This document shows, piece after piece, positions 43,964 through 53,081 of a DNA stretch of 64,000 bases; position 1 is the stretch's first letter; every line of letters begins with the position of its first letter. The stretch is taken from contig JBBDIK010000007.1 of the NCBI GenBank assembly GCA_040880465.1, positions 40,342 through 104,341 of the forward strand, read 5' to 3'. The position numbers and the translations under genes were made by a program. Under the pieces are notes generated by a model. The model saw nothing but the letters and a program-made list of their open reading frames with translations, did no database searches and was not told the DNA's origin. This DNA comes from Actinomycetota bacterium. Lineage in GTDB: Bacteria; Actinomycetota; UBA4738; JBBDHU01.

Positions 43964-44199
43964 CCGCCGGACACCGGAGGAAGGATGGCGACCTCCTCGC
44001 CGCCAGCGAGCTCCACATCCAGCGATGCCCGCTCGCCATCGACCACCACCGAGCTTCGCTCCGCGATCGCCGTGAATCGCTCCCCGAACCGATCGCAGAG
44101 TTGCTGAACGACCTGCTCGACGGTGTCGCCGTCGGCCTGGACCTCGGAGGAACCGGCGAGTTCCCGGAGCACCGCGAAGAGACGAACCTGAGTCATCAC
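43960..44199 (-). CDS. MoaD/ThiS-family sulfur-carrier-like protein
   Basis: 79 aa, beta-grasp-type sequence ending in the C-terminal diglycine ...ILPPVSGG. Confidence 0.7.
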   Translation of the reverse strand: MMTQVRLFAVLRELAGSSEVQADGDTVEQVVQQLCDRFGERFTAIAERSSVVVDGERASLDVELAGGEEVAILPPVSGG

Positions 44200-44244
44200 G
44201 GGTCAGCCTACCCGGGCTGCTAGGCTCGGCCGAGAGGGAGGAGC

Positions 44245-44907
44245 GTGGCCGCGTACCTGTTGCTGACCGATGGATCGGCGGAGACGGCACTCCCCGCGAG
44301 CCGAACGGCAGGCGCCGACATCAAGGTGGAGCCGCTCTCGCTGCCCCCGTCGCGGATCGTCGAGGTGGCCCCGCTCGCGGTGCTCGTGGACGCGACCGCC
44401 GACCCCGGCGCTGCGTTCTCCCTGCTCAGCGACCTGCGAACCCGAGACCCCGGGCTACAGTCCGCGGTGATCGCGGCCGACCCAGAGATACAACGGTACC
44501 CATGGCACGAAGTCACGGACGAACTCATCCGGCCCGAGGCCACGGAGTCGGAACTGCGCCTCCGGCTCTCCTTGCTGCGCCGGCGCGGCGGCGGCGGAGA
44601 CGAGGGCGACGTCCGCCTGGGATCGCTGACGCTGAACACACAAACCTACCGGGTGGCGGTCGACGGACGCCCGATGGATCTGACGTACAAGGAATTCGAA
44701 CTCCTGAGGTTCCTCGCCTCACGCCCGGGGCGGGTGTTCACGCGCGAATCGCTGCTGCGCGAGGTCTGGGGCTACGACTTCTACGGCGGGGCCCGGACGG
44801 TCGACGTCCACGTTCGGCGGCTCCGCGCCAAGCTCGGACCGGAGCACGAGCACCTGATCGAGACGGTGCGCGGCGTCGGCTACCGGGCGTCCGACCTCCT
44901 CGTCTGA
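44245..44907 (+). CDS. orphan OmpR/PhoB-type winged-helix regulator with an atypical receiver domain (GlnR-like)
   Basis: C-terminal [12 protein letters not shown]...[13 protein letters not shown]. The receiver lacks the canonical KP (it has RP). GTG start preceded by GAGGGAGGAG. No kinase gene is adjacent. Confidence 0.75.
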   Translation: MAAYLLLTDGSAETALPASRTAGADIKVEPLSLPPSRIVEVAPLAVLVDATADPGAAFSLLSDLRTRDPGLQSAVIAADPEIQRYPWHEVTDELIRPEATESELRLRLSLLRRRGGGGDEGDVRLGSLTLNTQTYRVAVDGRPMDLTYKEFELLRFLASRPGRVFTRESLLREVWGYDFYGGARTVDVHVRRLRAKLGPEHEHLIETVRGVGYRASDLLV

Positions 44908-44912
44908 AGCGG

Positions 44913-45824
44913 ATGGGGGCCGCGGCCGCAGGACTCGCCCTCATCGTGACGCTGGCCGCGGCCCCCATGCCCGGTGCTTCCGCTGCGGAGCCTGTGGCTG
45001 GAGAGGCCCTGGACCCCGCGCCCGAGCCGGCGGCCCCGAGTCTGCTCCCCTACCGGGGCCTCGGCGCGTGGATCGACATCTACGACGGCTGGGCGTTCAA
45101 CAGCCCGGCCGCCACCATGAAGCGGCTGAAGCAACACGGCGTCGACACGGTCTTCATCGAGACGGGCAACTACGCGAGCAGCAGCGGTGTGTACCGGGCA
45201 GACGACATGGCCGACCTGATCAAGGGCGCGCACACCCGCGGGATGAAGGTCGTCGCGTGGTACCTCCCCGGCTTCCAGAACGTGGCGTTCGACTTCCGGC
45301 GGAGCATGGCCGCGATCCGGTTCCACCGGAACGGCCAGCGGTTCGACTCCTTCGGTCTCGACATCGAGTCACCCCTGGTCAAGTCCCAGGATGTCCGTTC
45401 CCGCCGCCTGATCGCTCTCTCCCGGCGGATCGATGCGCACACACCCGCCTCCTACGCGCTGGGCGCCATCATCCCGTCGCCGCGAGGCATGCAGCTCGTC
45501 GAGCACTACTGGGAGCGCTTCCCCTATCAGCAGATCGAGCCGTTCTACGACGTCTGGCTACCGATGGGCTACTACACGTACCGCTACAGCGGGAAGCAGG
45601 CCGCCTACGACTACACCCGTCTGAACACCCAGATCCTCCGCGCCGAGGTCGATCCGGCGGTCGAGATCCACCCACTCGGCGGCATCGCCCACAAGTCCTC
45701 CGATGGGGAGACCGAGGGATTCGTTGATGCCGTCCTGGACGACGCCCTCATCGGCGGCGGACTGTACGACGTGGGGACATCGGGACCGGAGGACTGGCGG
45801 GAGCTACAACGCCTCTCCGTCTGA
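44913..45824 (+). CDS. secreted hypothetical protein, possibly a glycoside-hydrolase-like TIM barrel
   Basis: Internal ATG at 44913 and a signal peptide (AAPMPGASA). Family assignment is tentative. Confidence 0.5.
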   Translation: MGAAAAGLALIVTLAAAPMPGASAAEPVAGEALDPAPEPAAPSLLPYRGLGAWIDIYDGWAFNSPAATMKRLKQHGVDTVFIETGNYASSSGVYRADDMADLIKGAHTRGMKVVAWYLPGFQNVAFDFRRSMAAIRFHRNGQRFDSFGLDIESPLVKSQDVRSRRLIALSRRIDAHTPASYALGAIIPSPRGMQLVEHYWERFPYQQIEPFYDVWLPMGYYTYRYSGKQAAYDYTRLNTQILRAEVDPAVEIHPLGGIAHKSSDGETEGFVDAVLDDALIGGGLYDVGTSGPEDWRELQRLSV

Positions 45825-45864
45825 CCCCGATCGATCTGATCCCCGTCCGATCGGACGCGCAGAT

Positions 45865-45880
45865 TTAACGCGAGCGAAAC
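45865..45880. promoter_or_regulatory. GlnR-box-like motif upstream of glnA
   Basis: TTAAC-N6-GAAAC fits the gTnAc-n6-GaAAc a/b-site pattern described for Streptomyces GlnR. It lies 66 nt before the glnA ATG. Confidence 0.4.
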
Positions 45881-45945
45881 CAAGCACGACCGAGCCCCGT
45901 CTACGCTGACGGACATCCACGCGCGAGAGGAAAGGGGAAACCTCG

Positions 45946-47376
45946 ATGACCACGTCCAGTGAGGTCCTGGCGATGGCGGCCGATGCCGACGCCCAGATCG
46001 TCGACCTGCGGTTCTGCGACCTGCCCGGCCTGATGCAGCACTTCTCGATCCCGATCGGCCAGTTCAACGAAGACCTGTTCGCCGAAGGGATCGGATTCGA
46101 CGGTTCCTCGATCCGTGGCTTCCAGGAGATCCAGGAATCGGACATGCTCCTCACGCTCGACCCGGACACGGCCTTCATCGACCCGTTCACCCAGCACCCG
46201 ACCCTCGTGATCAACTGCTTCGTCAAGGACCCGGTCACGGGCGAGAGGTATAGCCGCGACCCGCGCCACATCGCCCAGAAGGCCGAGCTGTACCTGCAGC
46301 AGACCGGCATCGCCGACACCTCGTTCTGGGGCCCCGAGGTCGAGTTCTTCATCTTCGACTCCGTCCGCTTCGACCAGAACCAGCACGAGGGGTACTACTT
46401 CATCGACGCCGTGGAGGGCGTGTGGAACTCCGGTTCCGAGGACGGCGGTGACGGGACCCCGAACCGTGGCTACAAGCCCCGGTACAAGGAGGGATACTTC
46501 CCGCTCCCGCCCATGGACCACTACCAGGACCTGCGCAGTGAGATGATCCTGAACCTGGACAAGGTCGGCATCGAGATCGAGGTCCACCACCACGAGGTCG
46601 GCACCGCCGGCCAGGCCGAGATCGACATGCGCTACGACACGCTCCTGTCCGCCGCCGACAAGGTGATGAAGTACAAGTACGTGGTCAAGCAGACGGCGTG
46701 GCAGGCCGGAAAGACCGTCACCTTCATGCCGAAGCCGATCTTCCAGGACAACGGGTCGGGCATGCACACGCACCAGTCGCTATGGGCCGATGGCACCAAC
46801 CTGTTCTTCGACGAGAACGGGTACGCCGGGCTCTCGGACACGGCCCGTTGGTACATAGGTGGCCTCTTGCAGCACGCACCGGCGATCCTGGCGTTCTCGA
46901 ACCCGACGACGAACTCGTACCGCCGGCTCGTGCCGGGCTACGAGGCGCCGATCAACCTGGTCTACTCGCAGCGGAACCGCAGCGCGTGCATCCGCATCCC
47001 GCTGTTCTTCACGTCGCCGGCTGCGAAGCGGCTGGAGTTCCGGACGCCCGATCCGTCGTGCAACCCGTACCTTTCGTTCTCGGCGCAGCTCCTGGCGGGG
47101 CTCGACGGGGTCAAGAACAAGATCGAGCCGCCGGATCCGATGGACAAGGACCTGTACGACCTGCCGCCCGAGGAGAAGGCCGGCATCAAGCAAGTCCCCG
47201 GTTCTCTGGAGGAGGTCCTTGACGCGCTCGAGGCCGACCACCAGTTCCTGTTGGAGGGCGGCGTGTTCACGCAGGACGTGATCGACACGTGGATCGAGTA
47301 CAAGCGGGTGCATGAACTCGATGCGGTCCGGTTGCGGCCGCACCCGTACGAGTTCTACCTGTACTACGACCTCTAG
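45946..47376 (+). CDS. glnA: glutamine synthetase type I (adenylylation-site containing)
   Basis: FDGSSIRGF and [18 protein letters not shown] motifs. The NLYDLPPEE-type adenylylation Tyr is present as [10 protein letters not shown]. Confidence 0.95.
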   Translation: MTTSSEVLAMAADADAQIVDLRFCDLPGLMQHFSIPIGQFNEDLFAEGIGFDGSSIRGFQEIQESDMLLTLDPDTAFIDPFTQHPTLVINCFVKDPVTGERYSRDPRHIAQKAELYLQQTGIADTSFWGPEVEFFIFDSVRFDQNQHEGYYFIDAVEGVWNSGSEDGGDGTPNRGYKPRYKEGYFPLPPMDHYQDLRSEMILNLDKVGIEIEVHHHEVGTAGQAEIDMRYDTLLSAADKVMKYKYVVKQTAWQAGKTVTFMPKPIFQDNGSGMHTHQSLWADGTNLFFDENGYAGLSDTARWYIGGLLQHAPAILAFSNPTTNSYRRLVPGYEAPINLVYSQRNRSACIRIPLFFTSPAAKRLEFRTPDPSCNPYLSFSAQLLAGLDGVKNKIEPPDPMDKDLYDLPPEEKAGIKQVPGSLEEVLDALEADHQFLLEGGVFTQDVIDTWIEYKRVHELDAVRLRPHPYEFYLYYDL

Positions 47377-47426
47377 ACCGAGGAACGGTCCGCGCGCATC
47401 TCCCGGTGTGCCGGTAGCATCGTCCC

Positions 47427-48815
47427 ATGACCAGACGGGCTCGCCTCACCGCCACCCTCTTGGTGGCCACGGTCACCGCATCGTCGATGGGCGCCACGCA
47501 GGCGGCCCCTCCGACGCCGAGTGCGCGCGTCTCCGGCCAACCCAGCATCGTCCTGATCGTCACCGACGACCAGCGCTGGGACACCCTGTGGGCGATGCCG
47601 CGCGTTCAGGAACTGCTGGTCGACCAGGGACTGACCTTCCAGAACTCGTTCGTCGTCAATCCCGTGTGCTGCCCCAGCCGCACGAGCATGCTGACCGGCC
47701 AGTACTCACATTCGAGCGGTGTCTACAGCAACGAGTTCCCGTACGGGATCGAGGCGTTCGATCCTGACGAAACCATCGCCACATGGCTACGTGCGGACGG
47801 CTACGACACCGCCCTGATCGGCAAGTACCTCAACCGCTATGCGGGGAGGCGGATCCCCCCCGGCTGGTCCCACTGGGCCGTGCAATGGGATGGGAAGGAC
47901 GTCGAGTACTACGACTACACCATGAACATCGACGGGAAGATCGTCCGTTACGGCTCCGATCCCGCCGACTATTCGACCCGCGCGTGGAGCCGGCTGTCGA
48001 CCGACTTCATACGCGATACCGCAGGCCCCCTGTTCCTGATGTTCGCGCCGAAAGCGCCGCACGACCCGGGGACCCCTGCGCCTACGGACAAGCGGGCCTT
48101 CAAAGGGCTCGGGACATGGCGTCCGGCGAGCTACAACGAGCTCGATGTGTCGGACAAGCCGGCGTGGGTTCAGCAGCTCCCGGTCCTGGATGCCGAGGCG
48201 AGCCGGGTGATCGACCGATTCCGCAAGTCCCAATATCGCTCGCTCCTGGCTGTCGATCGGGCCGTCGCGGACATCGTGGACGCACTTCAGGACACCGGAC
48301 GTCTCGGCAACACCATGATCGTGTTCACGTCGGACAACGGCATGCTCTGGGGCGAGCATCGGTGGCGGGGCAAGCTCGCTCCGTACGAGGAAAGTATCCG
48401 CGTACCGCTGGTGGTGCGCTATGACCCCCTGACGTCCGTGCCGGGAACCGACACCCACCTCGTCGCCAACATCGATCTGACACCGACCTTCGCCGAACTG
48501 GCGGGAGTGCCCACGATGGGGGTCGACGGCGCAAGCCTGGTGCCGCTCCTTTCGCCACCGGCAGGAGGGTGGCGTACCGACTTCCTCATCGAGCACATCA
48601 ACCACGTGGTCCCGACCTACTGCGCCGTCCGCAACGAAGGGTTCCTCTACGTCGACTACGACAACGGTGACGAGGAGTTCTACGACCTCGCCGCCGATCC
48701 GCTGCAGATGGACAACATCGTGACGGACCCTGGGTACGCGGCGACGCTCTCCGCGATGCAGGCCCGACTGGCACAGCTGTGCGTCCCACCGCCACCCGGT
48801 TCTAGCCTGCCCTAG
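47427..48815 (+). CDS. secreted sulfatase (formylglycine-dependent)
   Basis: Signal peptide, VLIVTDDQRWD, and CCPSRTSMLTG (C-x-P-x-R motif). Confidence 0.85.
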   Translation: MTRRARLTATLLVATVTASSMGATQAAPPTPSARVSGQPSIVLIVTDDQRWDTLWAMPRVQELLVDQGLTFQNSFVVNPVCCPSRTSMLTGQYSHSSGVYSNEFPYGIEAFDPDETIATWLRADGYDTALIGKYLNRYAGRRIPPGWSHWAVQWDGKDVEYYDYTMNIDGKIVRYGSDPADYSTRAWSRLSTDFIRDTAGPLFLMFAPKAPHDPGTPAPTDKRAFKGLGTWRPASYNELDVSDKPAWVQQLPVLDAEASRVIDRFRKSQYRSLLAVDRAVADIVDALQDTGRLGNTMIVFTSDNGMLWGEHRWRGKLAPYEESIRVPLVVRYDPLTSVPGTDTHLVANIDLTPTFAELAGVPTMGVDGASLVPLLSPPAGGWRTDFLIEHINHVVPTYCAVRNEGFLYVDYDNGDEEFYDLAADPLQMDNIVTDPGYAATLSAMQARLAQLCVPPPPGSSLP

Positions 48816-48819
48816 TCGG

Positions 48820-49116
48820 TCAGGCCTTCCAGCTCGCTTCGCCGCCTTGGTGTTCGTCTAGGTACTCGATGTAGATGGGGCGCAAGGCGTCCGCTAGGTC
48901 ACCCTCGTCGGCATGCAGGAGGTCGCGGACCCGCTCCATCAGGCTGTGCACGTCCATCGTCGCCTCGTCGACGTTGCCGGCGGCGGCCTCCGCTGCGGGG
49001 ATCGCCTTCAACAGGCTCCAGAAGAACCCGACGTCGACGCGATGCTTGGCCAAGGACATGGCGCGCTCGGCGAGTTCCTCGGAGGAGAGTTCGTCGAATT
49101 CTTCACGGGTCGGCAT
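48820..49116 (-). CDS. small acidic hypothetical protein
   Basis: 98-aa ORF with no recognisable motif. Confidence 0.45.
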   Translation of the reverse strand: MPTREEFDELSSEELAERAMSLAKHRVDVGFFWSLLKAIPAAEAAAGNVDEATMDVHSLMERVRDLLHADEGDLADALRPIYIEYLDEHQGGEASWKA

Positions 49117-49136
49117 GCGCCAAACCTAGCACGGAC

Positions 49137-51815
49137 TCACACCGTAGGACCCTCATCGAACTCTTCGACCTCTGCGAAGACCCGCTCCATCGCGCGCCGC
49201 GAACGCTGCGTGATCCGGAGGTAGTCCTCGAGGAAGCTCTGACGCGGGTACTCCTCGTACCCGAGCCTCCGGGCGAGGGCCGTCTGTTCCTCCGGCGACG
49301 CGGGGAGGGCCTCGGCGGGGATCCGCCGGTCCATCTCGGAAGCGTTCTTGACCTCGGTCAGGAACACGAACGCCCGCGCCAGGGCGTGGGCCGCCCCGTC
49401 TTCCAGGACATGCGCAGCCGCCAGTGCCTCGATGGCCTCCAGCGTTCCGCGCGCCCGGACCTCCGGGAGCCGACCCCCGTGGCGCATCAGCGAGACCTCG
49501 ACCGCGAACTGCACATCTGCGAGCCCACCGTGGCCCAGTTTGAAGTGGAACCGGCGCGCATCGGCCGGCTTCACCCGCTCGCTCTCGATACGGCCGCGCA
49601 TCCGCAGGATCTCAGCCGCGCGCTCGACCGGAAGCACCTCCGGGTACGCGAGGTCGGCCGCGTTGGACTCGAAGCGCCGGCCGAGGCCCTCGTCACCCGC
49701 GATCGCTCGCGTCCGCAGGAGCGCCTGGAACTCCCAGGTCTCGGCCCATCGCTGCCAGTACTCGAGATAGCTGGTGAGGCTGCGCGCGAGCGGACCATTG
49801 CGCCCCTCGGGCCGCAGGTCGGCGTCCGGCTCCCACCCGGCCGCCCGGATGCCGACGAGCACCGCCTCCGCGATCTCCCGCGCCCGGCGCAGATCCTCGC
49901 CTCCCTCGCCCTCGTACACGAACATCACGTCTAGATCCGACGCGAAGTTGAGTTCGTGCGCACCGAGCTTCCCGAATCCCATGACCGCGAAGGGGATAGC
50001 GGGAGACGCCGCCTCCAGGGCCCCAGCGATCACGTCGTCGGCGATATCGGCCAGCGACCGTCCCACACCGGGGGCGTCGAGTTCCCGGGCCGAATAGGCC
50101 GCTACGACGGAGACGAGCCGGGTTGCCGAACCCTCGGGCTCCTCCATGGCGACGGCCCGGACCCGGTCGGGTTCGGCAACGAGCAGGTCGGTCGCGAACG
50201 AGGAGGCACCCGCGACGTGCGCGAGCCGTCGGACCGACGACGGATCGCGGGCCATGTCGTCGGCGAGCCGACTATCGGCCGCGACGGACCCGATGATGCG
50301 CTGGAACCTGCGGAGCGCCGCGTCGGGGTCGGCGGACAGGGCGAGGACCGGAGCGATCACGGGGAAGACATGGGCAAGCACCTTGCCCATCCGCAGGGAG
50401 GGATCGACAAGTTCCTCGAGCGAGCCGTACGCGGCGTCCGGCTGCCGGAACCCGAGACTGCCGAGCAATTCCTCGGTCGGCACCCGATCCAGTCCGGACC
50501 GCGACGCGGCGGCGCCGGCGAAGGCTTCGAGCAGTGGGCGATAGAAGAGCTGCTCGTGGAGCCCCCGCACGAGCGACGTCTGCCGTTCGAACTCGGCGGT
50601 CAGCGACTCCGGACCATCCATCCCCAGGGAACGCGCGAGCACCCTCAACGTGGCGGGGTCCGTCGGCAGATCGTGGGTCTGGAGGTCGCGCACGATCTGC
50701 AATCGATGCTCCAGGGTCCGTAGGAAGCGATACGCCTCCGCGAGCTGCTCCGCGTCGTCCTCCGCGACGTAGCCCTCGGCGGCCAGCACGGTCAGCGCCG
50801 CCAGGGTGTTCGGCTCCCGCAGGCGTTCGTCGCGACGCCCGTGGACCAACTGCAGGAGTTGCACCGCGAACTCGACATCGCGGATCCCGCCGCGACCGCG
50901 CTTCACCTCGATGGAGGCCTTGCCGCGTGCGCGGATGTACTCCTCCAGACGCACCTTGGTCTGTCGGACCTCTTCGATGGCCGCCGGGGCCAACTCATCC
51001 GGATACACGGACGGGGCCACGCCCGCCATGAATGCATCGCCCAGCGCACGATCGCCCGCGACCGGCCGGGCCTTGATCATGGCCTGGCGCTCCCAGGTCG
51101 CCGCTTCCTCCTCGTAGTAGGCGAGGGTTCCCTCGAGCGAACGCGAGAGCGCACCGCCGCGTCCGCCGGGGCGCAGCGCAGGATCGACCCGAAGCGCGAT
51201 GCCTTCCGAGGTCGGCTCGGACAGCGATCGGATCAGGCGAGCCGCTCCGGACTCCATCTGTTGCTGACGTTCGGGGCCCGAGCCGTCGTGCACGAACAGC
51301 AGGTCGACGTCCGACGAGTAGTTCAGCTCCGCACCGCCCAGCTTGCCGAGACCGATGACGGCGAACCCCCCATCCGGAGCCGTCTCGGCGGCCGCTCGAG
51401 CCAAGCAGACAGAGGCGACATCGCTGATCTCACCGACGATGCTCTCCAAGCTGTCGGCGCCGAGGAGATCCCGCGCCGCGATCCGCATCATCGCTCGGCG
51501 GCGGAATCGGCGGAGCGCGTCTTCGAGGGCATACGACTCTGCGTCGCGCCGCGATTCCTCCTCGAGAGCGGCGCGAGAACGCGGCGCGAGATCCGCCAGC
51601 GCGTGCACCTCATCGGGATGGGCGACCAAGAAGTCAGCGGCGGCGCTCGAGTAGCCGAGGAGCCGGGTAGCGGCCGGCAGGACTTCCGGCGACATCAGGA
51701 GAGCCCGAGCCTCTGGATCCTCGCCAACGCGCGAGAGCGCGACTCGGGCACGTTCCGGATCGGGCGCGACGACGAGGGCGCCGTCCAACTCCTCAGACCC
51801 CGGGCCTCCGCTCAC
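49137..51815 (-). CDS. glnE: bifunctional glutamine synthetase adenylyltransferase / adenylyl-removing enzyme
   Basis: 892 aa. Two NTase modules: GKLGGAELNYSSDVDL and GKLGAHELNFASDLDV. Confidence 0.95.
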   Translation of the reverse strand: MSGGPGSEELDGALVVAPDPERARVALSRVGEDPEARALLMSPEVLPAATRLLGYSSAAADFLVAHPDEVHALADLAPRSRAALEEESRRDAESYALEDALRRFRRRAMMRIAARDLLGADSLESIVGEISDVASVCLARAAAETAPDGGFAVIGLGKLGGAELNYSSDVDLLFVHDGSGPERQQQMESGAARLIRSLSEPTSEGIALRVDPALRPGGRGGALSRSLEGTLAYYEEEAATWERQAMIKARPVAGDRALGDAFMAGVAPSVYPDELAPAAIEEVRQTKVRLEEYIRARGKASIEVKRGRGGIRDVEFAVQLLQLVHGRRDERLREPNTLAALTVLAAEGYVAEDDAEQLAEAYRFLRTLEHRLQIVRDLQTHDLPTDPATLRVLARSLGMDGPESLTAEFERQTSLVRGLHEQLFYRPLLEAFAGAAASRSGLDRVPTEELLGSLGFRQPDAAYGSLEELVDPSLRMGKVLAHVFPVIAPVLALSADPDAALRRFQRIIGSVAADSRLADDMARDPSSVRRLAHVAGASSFATDLLVAEPDRVRAVAMEEPEGSATRLVSVVAAYSARELDAPGVGRSLADIADDVIAGALEAASPAIPFAVMGFGKLGAHELNFASDLDVMFVYEGEGGEDLRRAREIAEAVLVGIRAAGWEPDADLRPEGRNGPLARSLTSYLEYWQRWAETWEFQALLRTRAIAGDEGLGRRFESNAADLAYPEVLPVERAAEILRMRGRIESERVKPADARRFHFKLGHGGLADVQFAVEVSLMRHGGRLPEVRARGTLEAIEALAAAHVLEDGAAHALARAFVFLTEVKNASEMDRRIPAEALPASPEEQTALARRLGYEEYPRQSFLEDYLRITQRSRRAMERVFAEVEEFDEGPTV

Positions 51816-51851
51816 CGTGCGAATCGTACCCAGGAGGCGGCGCCCGAAGCG

Positions 51852-52997
51852 TCAGTCCGACTGATCCGCCTCCGGAGAGGGGTATCCGCTCTTCGGTGCT
51901 TCCGTCGCACTGTCGGTGTTGGCTTCGCCGCCGGTCGCCTCGTCGGGGGGAGCGACGGGCGCCGTGTAGCGAACCTGCTCCCACGCCTTCTCGATGTCGG
52001 CTTGAGTAGGAGGCTCCCAGAAGCCCGACACCGACATCCGATACACGACCTCGTCGTATGTCCAGTACAGCGTGTACCACGACAGCCGCCCGGCGACCCC
52101 TTCCTTCCACAGCTCGGCCTTGTCCGTCGTCGGGAAGCCGGACACCTTGGTTCCTCGCGGGATCTCGGTCGGCCGGGTGCTGACCTCGATCAAGCCGTAA
52201 GGATCGCCATCGACCGACGACCCCTGGAACGCACGGCCGGGGATCACGATCATCGAATCGAGGTGATACGCGTCGGTATCGGGGATCCACGCGGTCACGA
52301 TCTGCGCCTGGTCGGCCGCCTTCTGCGCGCACTCCTCGGTCATCGAGTCTCGGCAGATGACCGCCGACTGGGCAACCTGCTTCCCGGAATAGAAGTCCTT
52401 CAGCTTGGCCGCCAAGGTAGTCGCCTGCGAGAAGAAGAGGAGGAGCGCCGCCGTCATGGCCACGCTGATCAGAACGACCACGACGATGCTCGTCGCGGCG
52501 TCACCCTTCTTCTTGCGCTTCGCGTGTTTCGTACGACGCTCGATCGCATGTCCGGCCAGGCCCGCGATCGCGCCACCGACGGCCGCTGCGGGAACCGCGA
52601 GCAGGCCCGCGGAGAGCGTCGGCAGGAAGAATGCCGGCCCGAAGACGAGCACGATGGCGAAGACGAAGGTCCACGATCCACCGGTGACGGCGCCGCGGTC
52701 GCCCGCGCGCCGAAGGGCGATCCAGGCTCCCGCAGCCGTCCACGCCGGCAAGGTGCCGAAGAGCACGGCGTAGGGGATCAACAACTTGAGGGACGCACAT
52801 CCGAGGAGGGCGATCGCACCGAGTGCCGCCCCGATCGCGCCACCGATCGCCGCGGGTACGAAGGCCGCGAGACGCGAGGTCGGCGTGTCCTGGTCTGCCG
52901 CAGCCTCGGGAGGAGTGTCGTCTCCGGATGCCTCGGACTCTTGAGCCGAGGGCTCGGAGGTCGCCTCGGGCTCGTCCCCGCGCTCATCGGATGGCAT
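51852..52997 (-). CDS. polytopic membrane protein with an extracytoplasmic C-terminal domain, unknown function
   Basis: 381 aa with an acidic N-terminus, about five TM helices and a soluble domain. Confidence 0.55.
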   Translation of the reverse strand: MPSDERGDEPEATSEPSAQESEASGDDTPPEAAADQDTPTSRLAAFVPAAIGGAIGAALGAIALLGCASLKLLIPYAVLFGTLPAWTAAGAWIALRRAGDRGAVTGGSWTFVFAIVLVFGPAFFLPTLSAGLLAVPAAAVGGAIAGLAGHAIERRTKHAKRKKKGDAATSIVVVVLISVAMTAALLLFFSQATTLAAKLKDFYSGKQVAQSAVICRDSMTEECAQKAADQAQIVTAWIPDTDAYHLDSMIVIPGRAFQGSSVDGDPYGLIEVSTRPTEIPRGTKVSGFPTTDKAELWKEGVAGRLSWYTLYWTYDEVVYRMSVSGFWEPPTQADIEKAWEQVRYTAPVAPPDEATGGEANTDSATEAPKSGYPSPEADQSD

Positions 52998-53032
52998 GAG
53001 GAGAATCCTCTCACACCGTCCCGCGGCGGAAT

Positions 53033-53048
53033 TAACCCGGGCGTAACC
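53033..53048. promoter_or_regulatory. GlnR-box-like motif upstream of glnA2
   Basis: TTAAC-N6-GTAAC has the same architecture as the site upstream of glnA. It lies 34 nt before the ATG. Confidence 0.35.
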
Positions 53049-53081
53049 GAAGGCGGGTCAGGCGCGGCTAGCCTGGCTCGC

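Noticed and set aside
43964-44290. 109-codon N-terminal extension of the DAGK-family ORF
   Set aside because: It overlaps the MoaD-like gene in another frame and is Arg/Ser/Gly-rich. The kinase homology starts at ATG 43963, which is coupled to the MoaD-like stop.
50841-53081. N-terminal 747 codons of the 1188-aa ORF 50841..54407
   Set aside because: Only the part from ATG 53082 is glutamine synthetase. The upstream portion is antisense to glnE and the membrane-protein gene and looks non-protein-like.
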